The notes under the pieces: model-generated | Told to the model about the DNA's origin: nothing | The model's database searches: none | Seen by the model: only the letters and a program-made list of their open reading frames with translations | In this document: positions 35,801 to 48,600 of the stretch, in pieces | Numbering within the stretch: position 1 is the stretch's first letter | How the letters are laid out: every line of letters begins with the position of its first letter | Assembly: GCF_009914755.1 (NCBI RefSeq) | Contig: NC_060936.1 | Source: the human T2T-CHM13v2.0 reference genome, Homo sapiens | Direction: 5' to 3' (one strand) | DNA: 64,000 nucleotides | Translations under genes and position numbers: made by a program

Positions 35801-38800
35801 AGCAGGGCTGCCCAGGGTCCCTTGGGCCCCATGCCTGCACGGTGGGGAGGAACTTTCGCCTTTGGGGGGACCTGTGCCTCGCGTTTGTGTTTTCCTTCCA
35901 TAACACAGGTGCCTCGACCTCCTCTTTCAAGGCTTCCATCTTCCTTGTGTTGGTCCCCTTGAGCCATGAGCACTCCATGGGTGTGAAGCTGGCATGCCCA
36001 GGGTCCCCTGGGCCCCACGCATGTGCGGTAGGGCAGCAATTTCGCCCGTGGTGGGTGACCTCTGCCTCACCATTTGTATTTTCCTTCCACACCACAGGTG
36101 CCTCGACCTCTCATTTCAAGACTTCCTGCTGCCTTGGGCTGGCCCTCGTGGGCCTAGGAGCTCCATGTCATGAACCAGGGATGCCCGGGGTCCCCTGGAC
36201 CCTGGGCATGCATGGTGGTGAGCCATTTTCTCCCCTGACGGGGGCACCTCTGCTTCGCCATTTGTTTTCCTTCCACAACACAGGTGACTGGACCTCCCCT
36301 TTGAAGTCGTCCTGCCGCCTTGGGCTGGCCCTCATGGGCCCGAGGCCCTCGTGGGCATGAACCAGGGATTCCTAGGGTCCCCTGGGCCCTCCACATGTGC
36401 GGTGGGGAGGCTCTTTCACCCGTGGGGAAGACTTCTGCCACACCGTTTGTGTTTTCCTTCCACACCACAGGCTCCTCGACCTCCCCTTTCAAGACTTCCT
36501 GTTGCCTTGGGCTGGCCTCTGTGGGCCAAGGATCTCCGTGTGCGTGAACCAGGGATGTCCAAGATCCCTTGGGCCCTGCCCATGCGTGGCGGGGAGGCAC
36601 TTTAACCCGTGAGAGGGGGACCTCTGCCTCGTTTGTGTTTTCCTTCCACAACACAGGTGCTTGGACCTCCCCTTTCAAGACTTCCTGCTGCCTTGGGCTG
36701 GACCCCATGGGCCGAGACTCTCCATGGGCACAAACCGGGGATGCCCAGGGTCCCCTGGGCCCTGCTTATGCCCGGTGGGGAGGCACTTTTTCCCGTGGCG
36801 GGGGGGTGGGGAACCCCTGCTTCGCCGTTTGTGTTTTCTTTCCACACCACAGGTGCCTCGACCTCCCATTTCAAGCCTTCCTGCCGCCTTGGGCTGGCCC
36901 CCGTGGGCCTGAGGTGCTCCATGGGTGGGAGTGGGGAGCACTTTCGCCCGTGGGGGGGACCTCTGCTTCCCCGTTTGTGTTTTCATTCCATAACACAGGT
37001 GCCTCGACCTCCCCTTTCAAGCCTTCCAGCCGCATAGGGATGGCCTCCGTGGGACCGAGGCACTCCGTAGCCATGAAACAGGGATGCCCAGGGTCCACTG
37101 GGTCCCACGCATGCACAGCGGGGAGGGACTGCCGCCTGCCGGAGGGGGAACTCTGCCGCGCTGTTTCTGTTTTCCTTCCACAGCACAAGGTGCCTCGACC
37201 TCCCTTTTCAAGCCTTACTGCCGCCTTGGGTTGGGCCCCATGGGCCGGAGGCTCTCTGTGGGCATGAGCAAGGGATGCACAGGTTCCCCTAGGTCCCACA
37301 CATGCGTGGCGGAGAGGCACTTTCGCCCATGGGATGGGAACTTTGCCTCACCGTTTGTGTTTCCCTTCCACGCCACAGGTACCTTGACCTCCCCTTTCAA
37401 GCCTTCCTGCCGCCTTGGTCTGGCCCCCGTGTAAGAATGCGATTCATGGTTGCGATTCAGGGGCCCTCAGGGACCCCTGGGGCCCGCGTTTGCACGGTGA
37501 GGAGGCACTTTTGCCCGTCGTGGGGACCTCTGCTGGGCTGTTTGCTTTTTTCCAAATCACTGGTGCCTCGACCTCCCCTTTCAAGGCTTCTTGCCACCTT
37601 GGGCTGGTCCCCATAGGCCAAAGCCTTCCGTGGGAGTGAAGCAGGGACGCCCAGGGTCCCCTGGCCCCATCCATGTGCGGTGGGGAGGCACTTTCGTCCG
37701 TGGGAAGGGACCTCTGCCTCACCGGTTGTGTTTTCCTTCTGCAACACAGGTGTCTCGACCTCCCTTTTCAAGCCTTCCTGCCGCCTTGGGCTGGACCCTG
37801 TGATCCCGAAGCGCTTCGTGGGCAAAAACCGGTGATGCCCAGGTTCCCCTGGGTCCCACGCATGTGCGATGTGGAGGCACTTTCGCCCGTGAGGGGGACC
37901 TCTGCCTCGCCATTTGTGATTTTTCTTCCACAACACAGGTGCCTCGACCACCCCTTTCAAGCCTTCCTGCAGCCTTGGCCTGGCCCCATGTGTGTAGGTG
38001 CTCCATGGGCACTAACCAGGGATGCCCAGGGTTCCCTGGGCTCTGCACTTGAGCAGTGGGGAGGCAGTTTCCCCTTGGGGGAACCTCTGCTGCGTTACTT
38101 GTGTTTTCCTTCCGCACCACGGGTGTCTCCACCTCACCTTTCAAGAGTTCCTGCCGCCTTGGGCTGGCCTCCTTGGGCCCAGGCGCTCCATGACTGTGAA
38201 CCTGGGATGCCAAGGGTCCCTTGGACCCCACCCATGTGTGGTAGAGAGGGATTTTCGCCAGTGGGGTGAACTCTGCCTCACTGTTTGTGTTTTCCTTCCA
38301 CTCCACAGGTGCCTCGACCTCCCCTTCAAGTCTTCCTGCCACTGGGGCTGACCCCCGTGGGACCGAGACTCTCCGTGTGCATGAAACAGGGGTGCCCAGT
38401 GTCCCGTGGGCTCTGCACATGCGCGGTGGGGAGGCACTTTCGCCCGTGAGCGGGGACTTCTTCCTTGCAGTTTGTGTTATCCTTCCACAACATACGTGCC
38501 TCAATCTTCCCTTTTCAAGCCTTCCTGCCTCCTTGTGCTGGCCCCTGTAGGCTGAGACACTCTGCGGGCCTGAACCAGGGATGCCCAGGGTCCTCTGGTG
38601 GAGAGGCACTTTCGCCTGTGGGGGGTACCACTGCTGCGCTGTTTGTATTTTCCTTTGACAGAACAGGTGCCTCAACTGCCCCTTTCAAGACTTCCTGTTG
38701 CCCTGGGCTGGCCCCTGTGGGCCGAGGCCCTCAGTGGGCACATACCAGGGACACCAAGGGTACCCTGGGCACTGCTCTTGCACGGTGGGGAGGTACTTTT

Positions 38801-41800
38801 GTCCATGTGGTGATCCTCTACTGCGCAGTCTGTGTTTTCCTTCCATACCACAGGTGATTCGACATCCCCTTTCAAGCTTTACTTCCGCCTTGGGCTGGCC
38901 CCCATAGGCCTGAGGCGCTCCGTGGGCGTGATCCACGGAAGCCCACGGTTCCCTGGGCCCCACTCATGCGCGGTGGGGAGGCACTTTCTCCCATGGGGGG
39001 TCCTCTGCTGTGCCACTTCTGTTTTCCTTCCACACCACAGGTAAATCGAGCTCCCATTTCAATCTTTCCTGTCTCCTTGGGCTGGCCCCCGTGGGCCAAG
39101 GCACTCCATGGCCACAAACCAGGAAAATCCGGGGTCCCCTGGGACTTCGTCATGCACAGTGAGGAGGCGCAGTCACCCCTTGGGAAGGACCTCTGCCTCA
39201 GCATTTGTGTTTTCCTTCCACACAACAGGTGCCTCGACCTCCACTTTCAAGACTTCCTTCTGCCTTGGGCTGGCCCCCGTTGGCCAAGGTGCTCCATGGC
39301 CCTGAACCAGCGACGCCCAGGGTCCCCTGGGCCTCACGAATGCGCGGTGGGGAGGCACTTTCATTCGTGGGGGGTACCTCTGCCTCGCCGTTTCTGTTTT
39401 CCTTCCACATCACAGGTGCCTCGATCTCCCCTTTCAAGAGTTCATGCCACTTGGGCTGACCTCTAAGGGCCAGAGATGCTTCGTGGGCATGAAGTAGGGA
39501 TGCTCAGGGTCCCCTGGGCCACACGCATGTGCAGTGGTGTGGCACTTTCTCCCGTGGGGGGGGGACCTTTGCCCAGCCTTTTGTGTTTTCCTTCCACAAC
39601 ACAGATGCCTCGAGCTCCCCTTTCAGGCATTCCTGCTGCCTGGGGCTGGCCCCCGTGGGCTGAGGCCCTCTTTCGGCATGAACTAGGGATGCCCAGGGTC
39701 CCCTGAGCCCCACGCATGCGCTGTGGGGAGGCACTTTCGACCGTGGTGGGGCACTCTACCGCACCATTTGTGTTTTCCTTCAACACAATAGGTGCCTTGA
39801 CCTCCCCTTTCAAGATGTCCTGCCGCCTTGGGCTGGCCCCTCTGGGCTGAGGCACTCAGTGCATGTGAAACATGGTTGCCCAGAGTCCCCTGATCCCAGC
39901 GTATGAGAGGTGGGGAGGCACTTTCGCTCGTTGGGTGGTCCTCTGCCCTGCAGTTTGTTTTCCGTCCACACCACAGTTGCTTTGACTTCCCCTTTCAAGC
40001 CTTCCTGCTGCCTTGGACTGGCCCCTGTGGACCTGAGGCGCTCCGTGGGCCTGATCCAGAGAAGCCCAGGATCCCTTGGGCCCTACGCATGCATGGTGGG
40101 GAGGCACTTTCGCCTGTGGGGAGAGAAATTTGCCTCGCTGTTTGTTTCCCTTCCACACCACAGGTGCCTCGACCTTCCATTTCAAGCCTTCCTGCCCCCT
40201 TCGACTGGTTCCTGAGGGCCGAGGTGCTCCATGGGTGGGAACTAGGATGGCCTAGGTCCCCTGGGCCCCACGCATGTGTGGTGGGGAGACATTTTTGCCC
40301 GTGGTGGGGGACCTTTGCCTCGCCATTTGTTTTCCTTCCACAGCGGGTGCCTCGACCTCCCCTTTCAAGCCCTCCTGCCGCCTTGGCCTGGCCCCCGTGT
40401 GCCAAGGTGCTTCATGGTCATGAACCAGGGGACATCAGCGTCCCCTGGGGTCCACACATGCGCGGTGAGTAGAGACTTTCGCTGTGTGGTGGGGGTCCTC
40501 TGCCACACCACTTCTGTTTTCCTTCCACAGCACAGGTGAATCCATCTCCCATTTCAAGCCTTCCTGCCGCTTTGGGCTGGCCCCTGTGGGCCGAGGTCCT
40601 CTGTGGGTGTGAACCAGGGATGCCAAGGGTCCCCTGGGCCATGGGCATGCGTGGTTGGGGGGTCACAATCACCCGTAGGGGGAGACTTCTGCCTCGCCGT
40701 TTGTTTTCCTTCCACACAACAGGTGCCTCGACCTCCTCTTTCAAGACTTCCTGAAGCCTTGGGCTGGCCCCCGTTGGCCGAGGCACTCTGTGGGCCTGAT
40801 CCAGGGATGCCCAGGTTCCCCTGGGCCCCAAGCCTGCACGATGAGGAGGCACTTTCGCCTGTGGGGGGAGGACCTCTGCCTCGCCGTTTGTGTTTTCCTT
40901 CCACACCAAAGGTGCCTGGAACTCCCCTTTCAAGCCTTCCTGTTGACTTGGGCTGGCCCCCGTAGGCCGAGATCCTTGGTGGCTGTGAAGCAGGGACATC
41001 CAGTGTCCCCTAGGACCCATGCATGAGTGGTGGGATGGCACTTTCATGCGTGGTGGGGGGGATCTCTGCCACGCCACGTGTGTTTTCCTTCCACACCATA
41101 GGTGCCTAGACCACCACTTTCAAGCATTCCTGCAAACTTGGGCTGGCCCTCGTATGCCGAGGCACTTTGTGGTCACAAACCAGGGGCCCCACACATGTGC
41201 GGTGAGTATGCACTTTCACCCATGGTGGGGGACCTCTGCTGCACTGCTTCTGTTTTTTTCCCACAACACGGGTGCCTCAACTGTCCCTTTCAAGCCTTCT
41301 TGCCCCTTTGGGCTGGCTCCCTTGGGCCAAGGCCCTCTGTGTGAGCAAAGCAGGAATGCCCAGGGTCCCCTCAGCCCAACGCATGTGCGGTGGGGAGGCA
41401 CTTTCGCCCGTGGGGGGGACTTCCGCCCTACCATTTGTGTTTTTGTTCCCCAACACAGGTGCCTCAACCACCCCTTTCAAGACTCCTTGCTGTCTTCGGC
41501 TGGCCCCAGTGGGTCTGAGGCGCTCTGTGGGTGCAAACCAGGGACACCCAGCTTAACCTGGGCCCTGCACATGCTCGATGGGGAGGCACTTTCGCTTGTG
41601 GGGGGTTTTCGGCCATGTCATTTCTGTTTTCTTTTCACACCACAGGTGCCTCGACCTCCCCTTTCAAGACTTCCTGACCCCCGTGGGCCCCACGCACTCT
41701 GTGGGCATGACCCAGGGATGCTCAGGGTGCCCTGGGCCCCATGCATGTGGCATGGGGAGGCACTTTCACCCATGGTGGGAGGACTTCTGCCTCGCCACTT

Positions 41801-42649
41801 CTGTTTATCTTCCACAACACAGGTGCCTCGACCTCCTCTTTCAAGTTTTCCTGCCGCCTTTGACTGACCCCTGTGGGGCCCACGCTCTCCATGGGCACAA
41901 ACCAGGGACCCCCAGGTTCCCCTGGGCCTGTGCATGGAGGCACTTTCGCCCGTGGTGGAGGACCTCTGCCCCACTGTTTGTGTTTTCCTTCCACAACACA
42001 TGTGCTTCGACCTCCCCTTTCAACAATTCCTGATGCCTTGGGCTGCCCCCTGTGGCCCTGAGGTGCTCCATGGTCATGAACCAGGGACCCCCAGGGTCCC
42101 CTGCGCCCAGCGCATGCACAGTGGGGAGGCACTTTTGCCCGTGGAGGGGACCTCTGTAGTGCCGTTTCTGTTTTTTTTTCCACAACACAGGTCCATCTAT
42201 CTGCCTTTTCAATCTTCCTGCCGCCTTGGGCTGGCCCCCATGGGCCCCAGGCACTCAGAAGGTGTGATCCAGGGATGCCCAGGGTCCCCTGGGCCCTGTG
42301 CATGCGCAGTGGGGAGGCACTTCTGCCCGTGGGGGGGACCTCTGCCTCGCTGTTTGTGTATTCCTTCCACAGCACAGGTGCCTTGACTTCCCATTTCAAG
42401 CCTTCCTGCCACCTTGGACAGGCCCCCTTGTCTGAGGCACTCTGTGGGTGTGAATCAGGGATGCCCAGTGTCCCCTGGGCCCCATGCATGCATGGTGGGG
42501 GTCATTTTTGCCAGTGTTGGGGCACCTCGGCCTTGCCATTTGTGTTTTCCTTCCACAACACAGGTGCATAGACCTCCCCTTTCAAGCCTTCCTGCCACCT
42601 TGGGCTGGCCCCTGTGGACCGAGGCTCTCTGCAGGCATGAACCACGGAT

Positions 42650-42670
42650 GTCCAGGGCCTGCGATGTGGA
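42650..42670. other. Strand-switch (inversion) breakpoint within the satellite array, between 42657 and 42658
   Basis: Forward ...GCATGAACCACGGATGTCCAGGG is joined directly to reverse-strand CCTGCGATGTGGAAGGAAAACACAAA (consensus CCTGTGTTGTGGAAGGAAAACACAAA). Confidence 0.93.
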
Positions 42671-45600
42671 AGGAAAACACAAATGGTGAGGCAGATTTCC
42701 CCCCCAACGGGCGACAATGCCTCCCCACCGTGCATGCCTGGGGCCCAGGAGACCCTGGGAGACCCTGGTTTGTGTCCTAAGATGGCCTTGACCCACGGAG
42801 GCCAGCCCAAGGCAGCAGGAAGGCTTGAAATGGGAGGTCGAGGCACCTGTGGTGTGGAAGGAAAACACAAATGGCATGGCAGAGGTCCCCCCCAACGGGT
42901 GAAAGTGCCTACCCACCACACATGCGCGAGGCCGAGGGGACCCTGGGCATCCTTGGTTTGCTCCACGGAGTGCCTCGGGCCCACAGGGGCCAGCCCAAGG
43001 CAACAGGAAAGCTTGAAAGGGAGATCGAGGCAACTGTGTTGTGGAAGGAAAACAGAAACAGCACGGCAGAGGTCGCCACCCATGGGCAAGAGTGCCTCCC
43101 CACCATGCATGCACGGGGCCCAGGGGACCTTGGGCATCTCTGGTTCATGCTCACATAAAGCCTCAGGCCCACGGAGGCCAGCCCAAGGTGTCGGGAAGGT
43201 ATTAAATGGGAGGTCGAGGAATCAGTGTTGTGGAAGGAAAACACCAACGGCGAGGCAGAGTTCCCCTCCACGGGAGAAAGTGCCTCCCCACTGCGCATGC
43301 GTGAGGTCCAGGGGACCCTGGGTGTGCCTGGCATTTGTCCACAGAGCACCTTAGGAAAACGGAGGCCAGCTTAAGGCATCAGGAAGGTTTGAAAGGGGAG
43401 GTCAAAACACCTGTGTTGTGGAAGGAAATCACAAACAGCAAGGCAGAGTCCCCCCCACGACAGGGGAAAGTGCCTCCCTACCACGCATGCGTGGACCCCA
43501 GGGGACGCAGGGCTTCCCTGGTTTGTGCCCACGGAGAGCCTTGGGCCCATGGGGGCCAGCCAAAGGTGGCAGGAGTTCTTGAAAGGGGAGGTCAAGGCAC
43601 CTGTATTGTGGAAGGAAAACACAAACAGTGAGGCAGAGGTCCCCTCCACGGTAGAAAGTGCCTTCCAACCGCGAATGCACGTGGCCCAGGGGACCCTGGG
43701 CATCCCTGATTTGTGCCCAGGGAGCACCTCGGGCCCATGTGTGCCAGCCCAAGTTGGCAGGGAGACTTGAAAAGGGAGGTCGATGCACCTGTGTTGTGGA
43801 AGGAAAACATAAATGGCGCAGCAGAAGTCCCCCACGGGCGAAAATGCCTCCCCATTGTGCATGCATGGGGCCCAGGGGACCTGTGGGTCCCTGCATTGTG
43901 CCCACTGAGTGCTTCGGCCCATGGGGGCCAGCCCAATGAGGCAGGAATGCTTGAAAGGGGCGGTCGAGGCAACTGTGTTGTGGAAGGAAAACACAAATGG
44001 CGTGGCAGAGGTCCCGCCCCACAGGCGAAAGTGCCTCCCCACCACGCATACGTGGGGCCCAGGGGATCCTGAGCATCCCTGGTTCATGCCCATGGAGTGC
44101 CTCACACCCACAGGGGCCAGCCCAAGGTGGCAAGATGTCTTGAAAGGGAAAGTCGAGGCACCTGTGGTGTGGAAGGAAAACACAAATGGCAGGGAATAGG
44201 TCCCCCAACATGGGCGAAAGTGCCTCCCCACCATGCATGCATGGACCCGGTGATCCTGAGCATCCTGTGTTTGCACCTACAATGCACCTCGGCCATGGGA
44301 GCCAGCACAAGGTGGCAAGAAGGCTTGAAAGAGGAGGTTGAGGCACCTGTGTTGTGGAAGGAAAACACAAACGGTGAGGCAAATATTCCCCCCCAGAGCG
44401 CAAGTGCCTCCCAACCACGCATGCAGGGGCCCAGGGGAACCTGGGCATCACTGATTCACGCCCATGGAGCACCTTAGGCCCACGGGGTCCAGGCTAAGGC
44501 AGCAGGAAATCTTGAAAGGGGAGGTCGAGACACCTGTGTTGTAGAAGGAAAACACAAACGGCGAGGCAGAGTTTCCTCCTCACTGGCGAAAGTGCCTCCC
44601 CACTGTGCATGCGTGGGGCCCAGGGGACACTAGGCATCCCTGGTTCACACCTACGGAGTGTCTCAGGCCAACAGCGGTCAGACCAAGGCGGCAGAAAAGA
44701 TTGAAAAGGGAGGTCGAGGCACCTGTATTGTGGAAGGAAAATACAAATGGCAAGGTAGAGTTCCCCCACCAATGGGAGAAAGTGCCTCCACAGCAGGCAT
44801 TCATGGGGCCCAGGACACCCTGGGCATCCCTGGCTCATGCACATGGAGTGCCTCGGCCCACGGGGGCCAGCCGAAGACAGCAGGAAGGCTTGAAAGTGGA
44901 GGTCGAGGCACAGTGGCGTGGAAGGAAAAAACAAATGGCATGGCAGAAGTGCCTCCCCACGGCCGAAAGTGCCTCCCCACTGCACATGCATGGGGACCAG
45001 GGGACCTTGGGCATCTCTGATTTGCACCCACAGAGCGCCTCAATCCCATGGGGGCCAGCCCGAAGTGGAAGGAAGGCTTGAAATGAGAGGTCGAGGCACC
45101 TGTGGTGTTGAAGGAAAACACAAATGGCGAGGCAGAGGTCTTCACCACGGGCACAGGTGCCTCCCCACCATGCATGCCCATGGCCCAGGGGACCCTGGGC
45201 ATCCCTGGTTCATGCCCACAGAGTGCGTTGGGACCACAGGGGCCAGTTTAAGGCAGCAGGAAGGCTTGAAAGGGGAGGTCGAGGCACCTGTGTTGTGGAA
45301 GGGAAAAACAAACGGCAAGGCAGAGGTCCCCCCTCGACGGGTGAAAGTGCCTCCCCACCGCGCATGCGTGGGACTCAGGCGACCCCGGGGGTCCCTAGTT
45401 CATGCCCACGGAGTACCTTGGTCCACGTGGGCCAGCCCAAGGCGGCAGGAAGTCTTGAAATGGGAGGTCAAGGCAACTGTGGGGTGGAAGGAAAGCAAAC
45501 TGCTCGTCAGAGATCCGCCCCCACGTGCGAAAGTGCCTCTCCACCGCGCATGCTCAGGGCCCAGAGGATTCTGGGCATCCCTGGATTGTACCCACGGAGT

Positions 45601-48600
45601 GCCTCGGCCCATGGGGGCCAGCCCAAAGCACCAGGAAGGCTTGAAAAGGAAGGCCAAAGCATCATGGTGTGGAAGGAAAAAAAACGGCGCGGCTGATGTC
45701 CCTCCCCTTGGCCGAAAGTGCCTCCCCACAGCATATGCGTGGCTCCCAGGGGACCCTGGGTATGGCTGGTTCATGCTCATGGAGTGTGTCGGCCCACAGG
45801 GGCCAGCCAAAGGCAGCAGGAAGGCTTGAAAGGGAATGTCGAGGCACCTGTGGTGTGAAGGAAAACGCAAATTGCACGGCAGAGGTGCCCCTCCCATGGA
45901 CGAAAGTGCCTCCCTACCTTGCATGCACGGGGCCCAGGGGACCATGGGCGTCTCTGGTTAGTGCCCACGGGGAGCCTCGGGCCCCAAGGGGGCCAGCCCA
46001 AGTCGTCATGAAGGCTTGAAAGGGGAGGTTGAGGCACCTGTGTTGTCGAAGGAAAACAAACGGCAAGGCAGAGGTCCCCCCCACTGCCAAAAATGCCCCT
46101 CCACCATACATGCGTGCAGCCCAGGGGACCATGGACATCCCTGACTCGCACCCACAGGGGCCAGCTGAAGGCTTCTGGAAGGCTTGAAAGGGGAAGGTCG
46201 AGTCACCTGGGTTGTGGAAGGAAAACACAAACGGTGAGGCAGAGGTCCCCTCCATGGGCGAAAGTCCCTCCCCAGCGTGCATGTCCAGGGCCCAGAGGAC
46301 ACTGAGTGTCCCTGATTCCCACCCACGAAGTGCCTCCGTCCAACAAGGGCCAGCACAAGGCTGCAGGCAGGCTTGAAAGGGGAGGTCGAGGCACCTGTGG
46401 TGTGGAAGGAAAACACAAACGGCGAGGCAGGTCACCCCCACAGGCGAAAGTGCCTCCCCACCACACATGCTCAGGGCCCAGTGGACCGTGGGTGTCCCTG
46501 GTTCATGCCCTCGGAGCACCTCGGCCTACAGGGTCCAGCCCAAGGCGCGGGAAGACTTGAAAAGCGAGGTCAAGGAACTTGTGATGTTTAAGGAAAACAT
46601 AAACGGCGCGGCAGAGGTCCCCCCCACGGGCGAAAGTGTCTTACCACCGCACATTCTAAGGGCTTTGGGGACCATGGACTTCTGTGGTTCACACCCATGG
46701 GGCGCCTCGGGTGCACAAGGGCCAGGCCAAGGCAGCAGGAAGATTTGAAACGGGAGGTCGAGGCAACTGTGCTGTGGAAGGAAAACACAAACGGCGAGGC
46801 AGAGGTCCCCACCATGGGAGAAAGTGCCTCCACACCACGCATGCGTGGGGCCCAGGAGATCCGGGCATCTCTGAATCGTGCTCAAGGGGTGCCTCGGGCC
46901 CACAGGGGCCAGCCCAAGGTGGCAGGAAGGCTTGAAAGGGGAGGTTGAGGCACCTGTGTTGTGGAAGAAACACACAAAAGGCAAGTCAGAGCTCCGACCC
47001 CAAGGGCGAAAGTGCCTCCCCACCGCGCAAGCATGGGACGCAGGGGACCCTGGGCATCCCTGGTTCACACCCATGGAGCACCTCGGGCCCACGGGGGCAG
47101 CCCAAGGCGGCAGAAAGTCTTGAAATGGGAGGTCGAGGCTCCTGTGTTGTGGAAGGAAATCAGAAACCGTGCAGCAGAGGTCCCTCCACGGGCGAAAGTG
47201 CCACCCCACCATGCATGCGTGGGTCCCAGGGGACCCTGGGCGTCCGCGATTTACACCCATGGGTGCCTCATCCCACGGGGGCCAGCCCAAGGCGGCAGGA
47301 AGTCTTGAAAGGGGAGGTTGAGGTACCTGTGTTGTGGAAGAAAAACAAAAAGGGCGAGGAAGAGGTCCCCCACAACGGGCGAAAGTGCCTCCACACCAGG
47401 CTTGAGTGGGGCCTGAGAACCCTGGGGGGTCCCTGTTTCATGCCCACAGAGCACCTTAGGCCCACGGTGGCCAGCCCAAGGCCGCAGGAAGGCTTGAAAG
47501 AGGAAGTTGAGGCACATGTGTTGTGGAAGGAAAACACAAACGGCGAGGCAGAAGTCCCCCCCACGGGTGAACGTCCCTCCCCACTGCACATGCTCAGGTG
47601 CCAGAGGACCCTGAGCATCCCTAGCTCCTGCTCACAGAGCACCTCTGCCCACGGGGGCCAGCCCAAGGCGGCAGGAAAGCTTAAAAGTAGAGGTCGAGGC
47701 ATGTGCTATGTGGAAGGAAAACACGAACGGTGAGGCAGAAGTCCACCCCACGAGAGAAAGTGTCTCCCCACCATGCATGCATGGAGCCTAGGGGACCCTG
47801 GGTGTCCCTGCTTCGTGACCATGAGTGCCTTGGCTCACGGGGGCCAGGCGAAGTCGGCAGGAAGGCTTGAAAAGGGAGGTCGAGGCACTTCTGGTGTGGA
47901 AGTAAAACACAAAGGTCGAGGCAGAGGTCCCTGCCCACTGGCCAAAGTGCCACCCCACCGTGCATGCACAGGGCCCAGAGGATCCCCCCCTGGGCTTCCC
48001 TGATTCATGCCCTTGGAGTGCCTCGGGCCCACGGGCGCCTGGCCAAGGCAGCAGGAAGGCTTGAAAGGGGAGGTTGAGGCAACTTGTTGTGGAAGGAAAA
48101 AACAAAAAAGGCGAGGGAAGAGGTTCCCCCCAACGGCGAAATTGCCTCCCAAACTCCATGTGCAGGGCCCAGGGAATCCTGGGCATCCATGGTTCATGTC
48201 CGTGGAGTGCCTTGGGCCCACAGGGGCCAGCCTAAGGTGGTGGGAAAGCTTGAAAGGGGAGGTCGAGGTCCCTGTGTTGTGGAAGGAAAACACAAATGGC
48301 ACGGCAGAGTTCCCCCACCCCATGAGCGAAAGTGTCTCCCCATCACACAAGCGTGGGACCCAAGGGACCCTGGGTGTCCCTAGTTCATGTCCACGGAGAG
48401 TCTTGGCCCCACGGAGGCCAGCCTAATGCGGCAGGAAGGCTTGAAATGGGAGGTCGAGGCACCTGTTTTGTGGAAGGAAAATAAGTTGCGAGGCAGAGGT
48501 CCCACCCCACGGGAGAAAGTGCCTCTCCGCCACACATGCCAGGGGCCCAGAGGGCCCTGATCATCCCTGGTTCCTGCCCACAGAGCATCTTGGCCCATGG

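Larger units (their letters stand above)
10301..42657 (+). repeat. Satellite subtype C block (~170 monomers), forward orientation
   Basis: Diagnostic motifs: TTTGTGTTTTCCTTCCACAACACAGGTG, AAGCCTTCCTG and AACCAGGGA(T/C)GCCCAGGG. They first appear at ~10340-10450 and last appear in forward orientation at ~42540-42657. Confidence 0.9.

Noticed and set aside
42400-42900. Perfect fold-back palindrome or chimeric-read artefact at the strand switch
   Set aside because: The private variants left of the junction are not mirrored on the right, so the arms are different monomers. Read support should still be checked.
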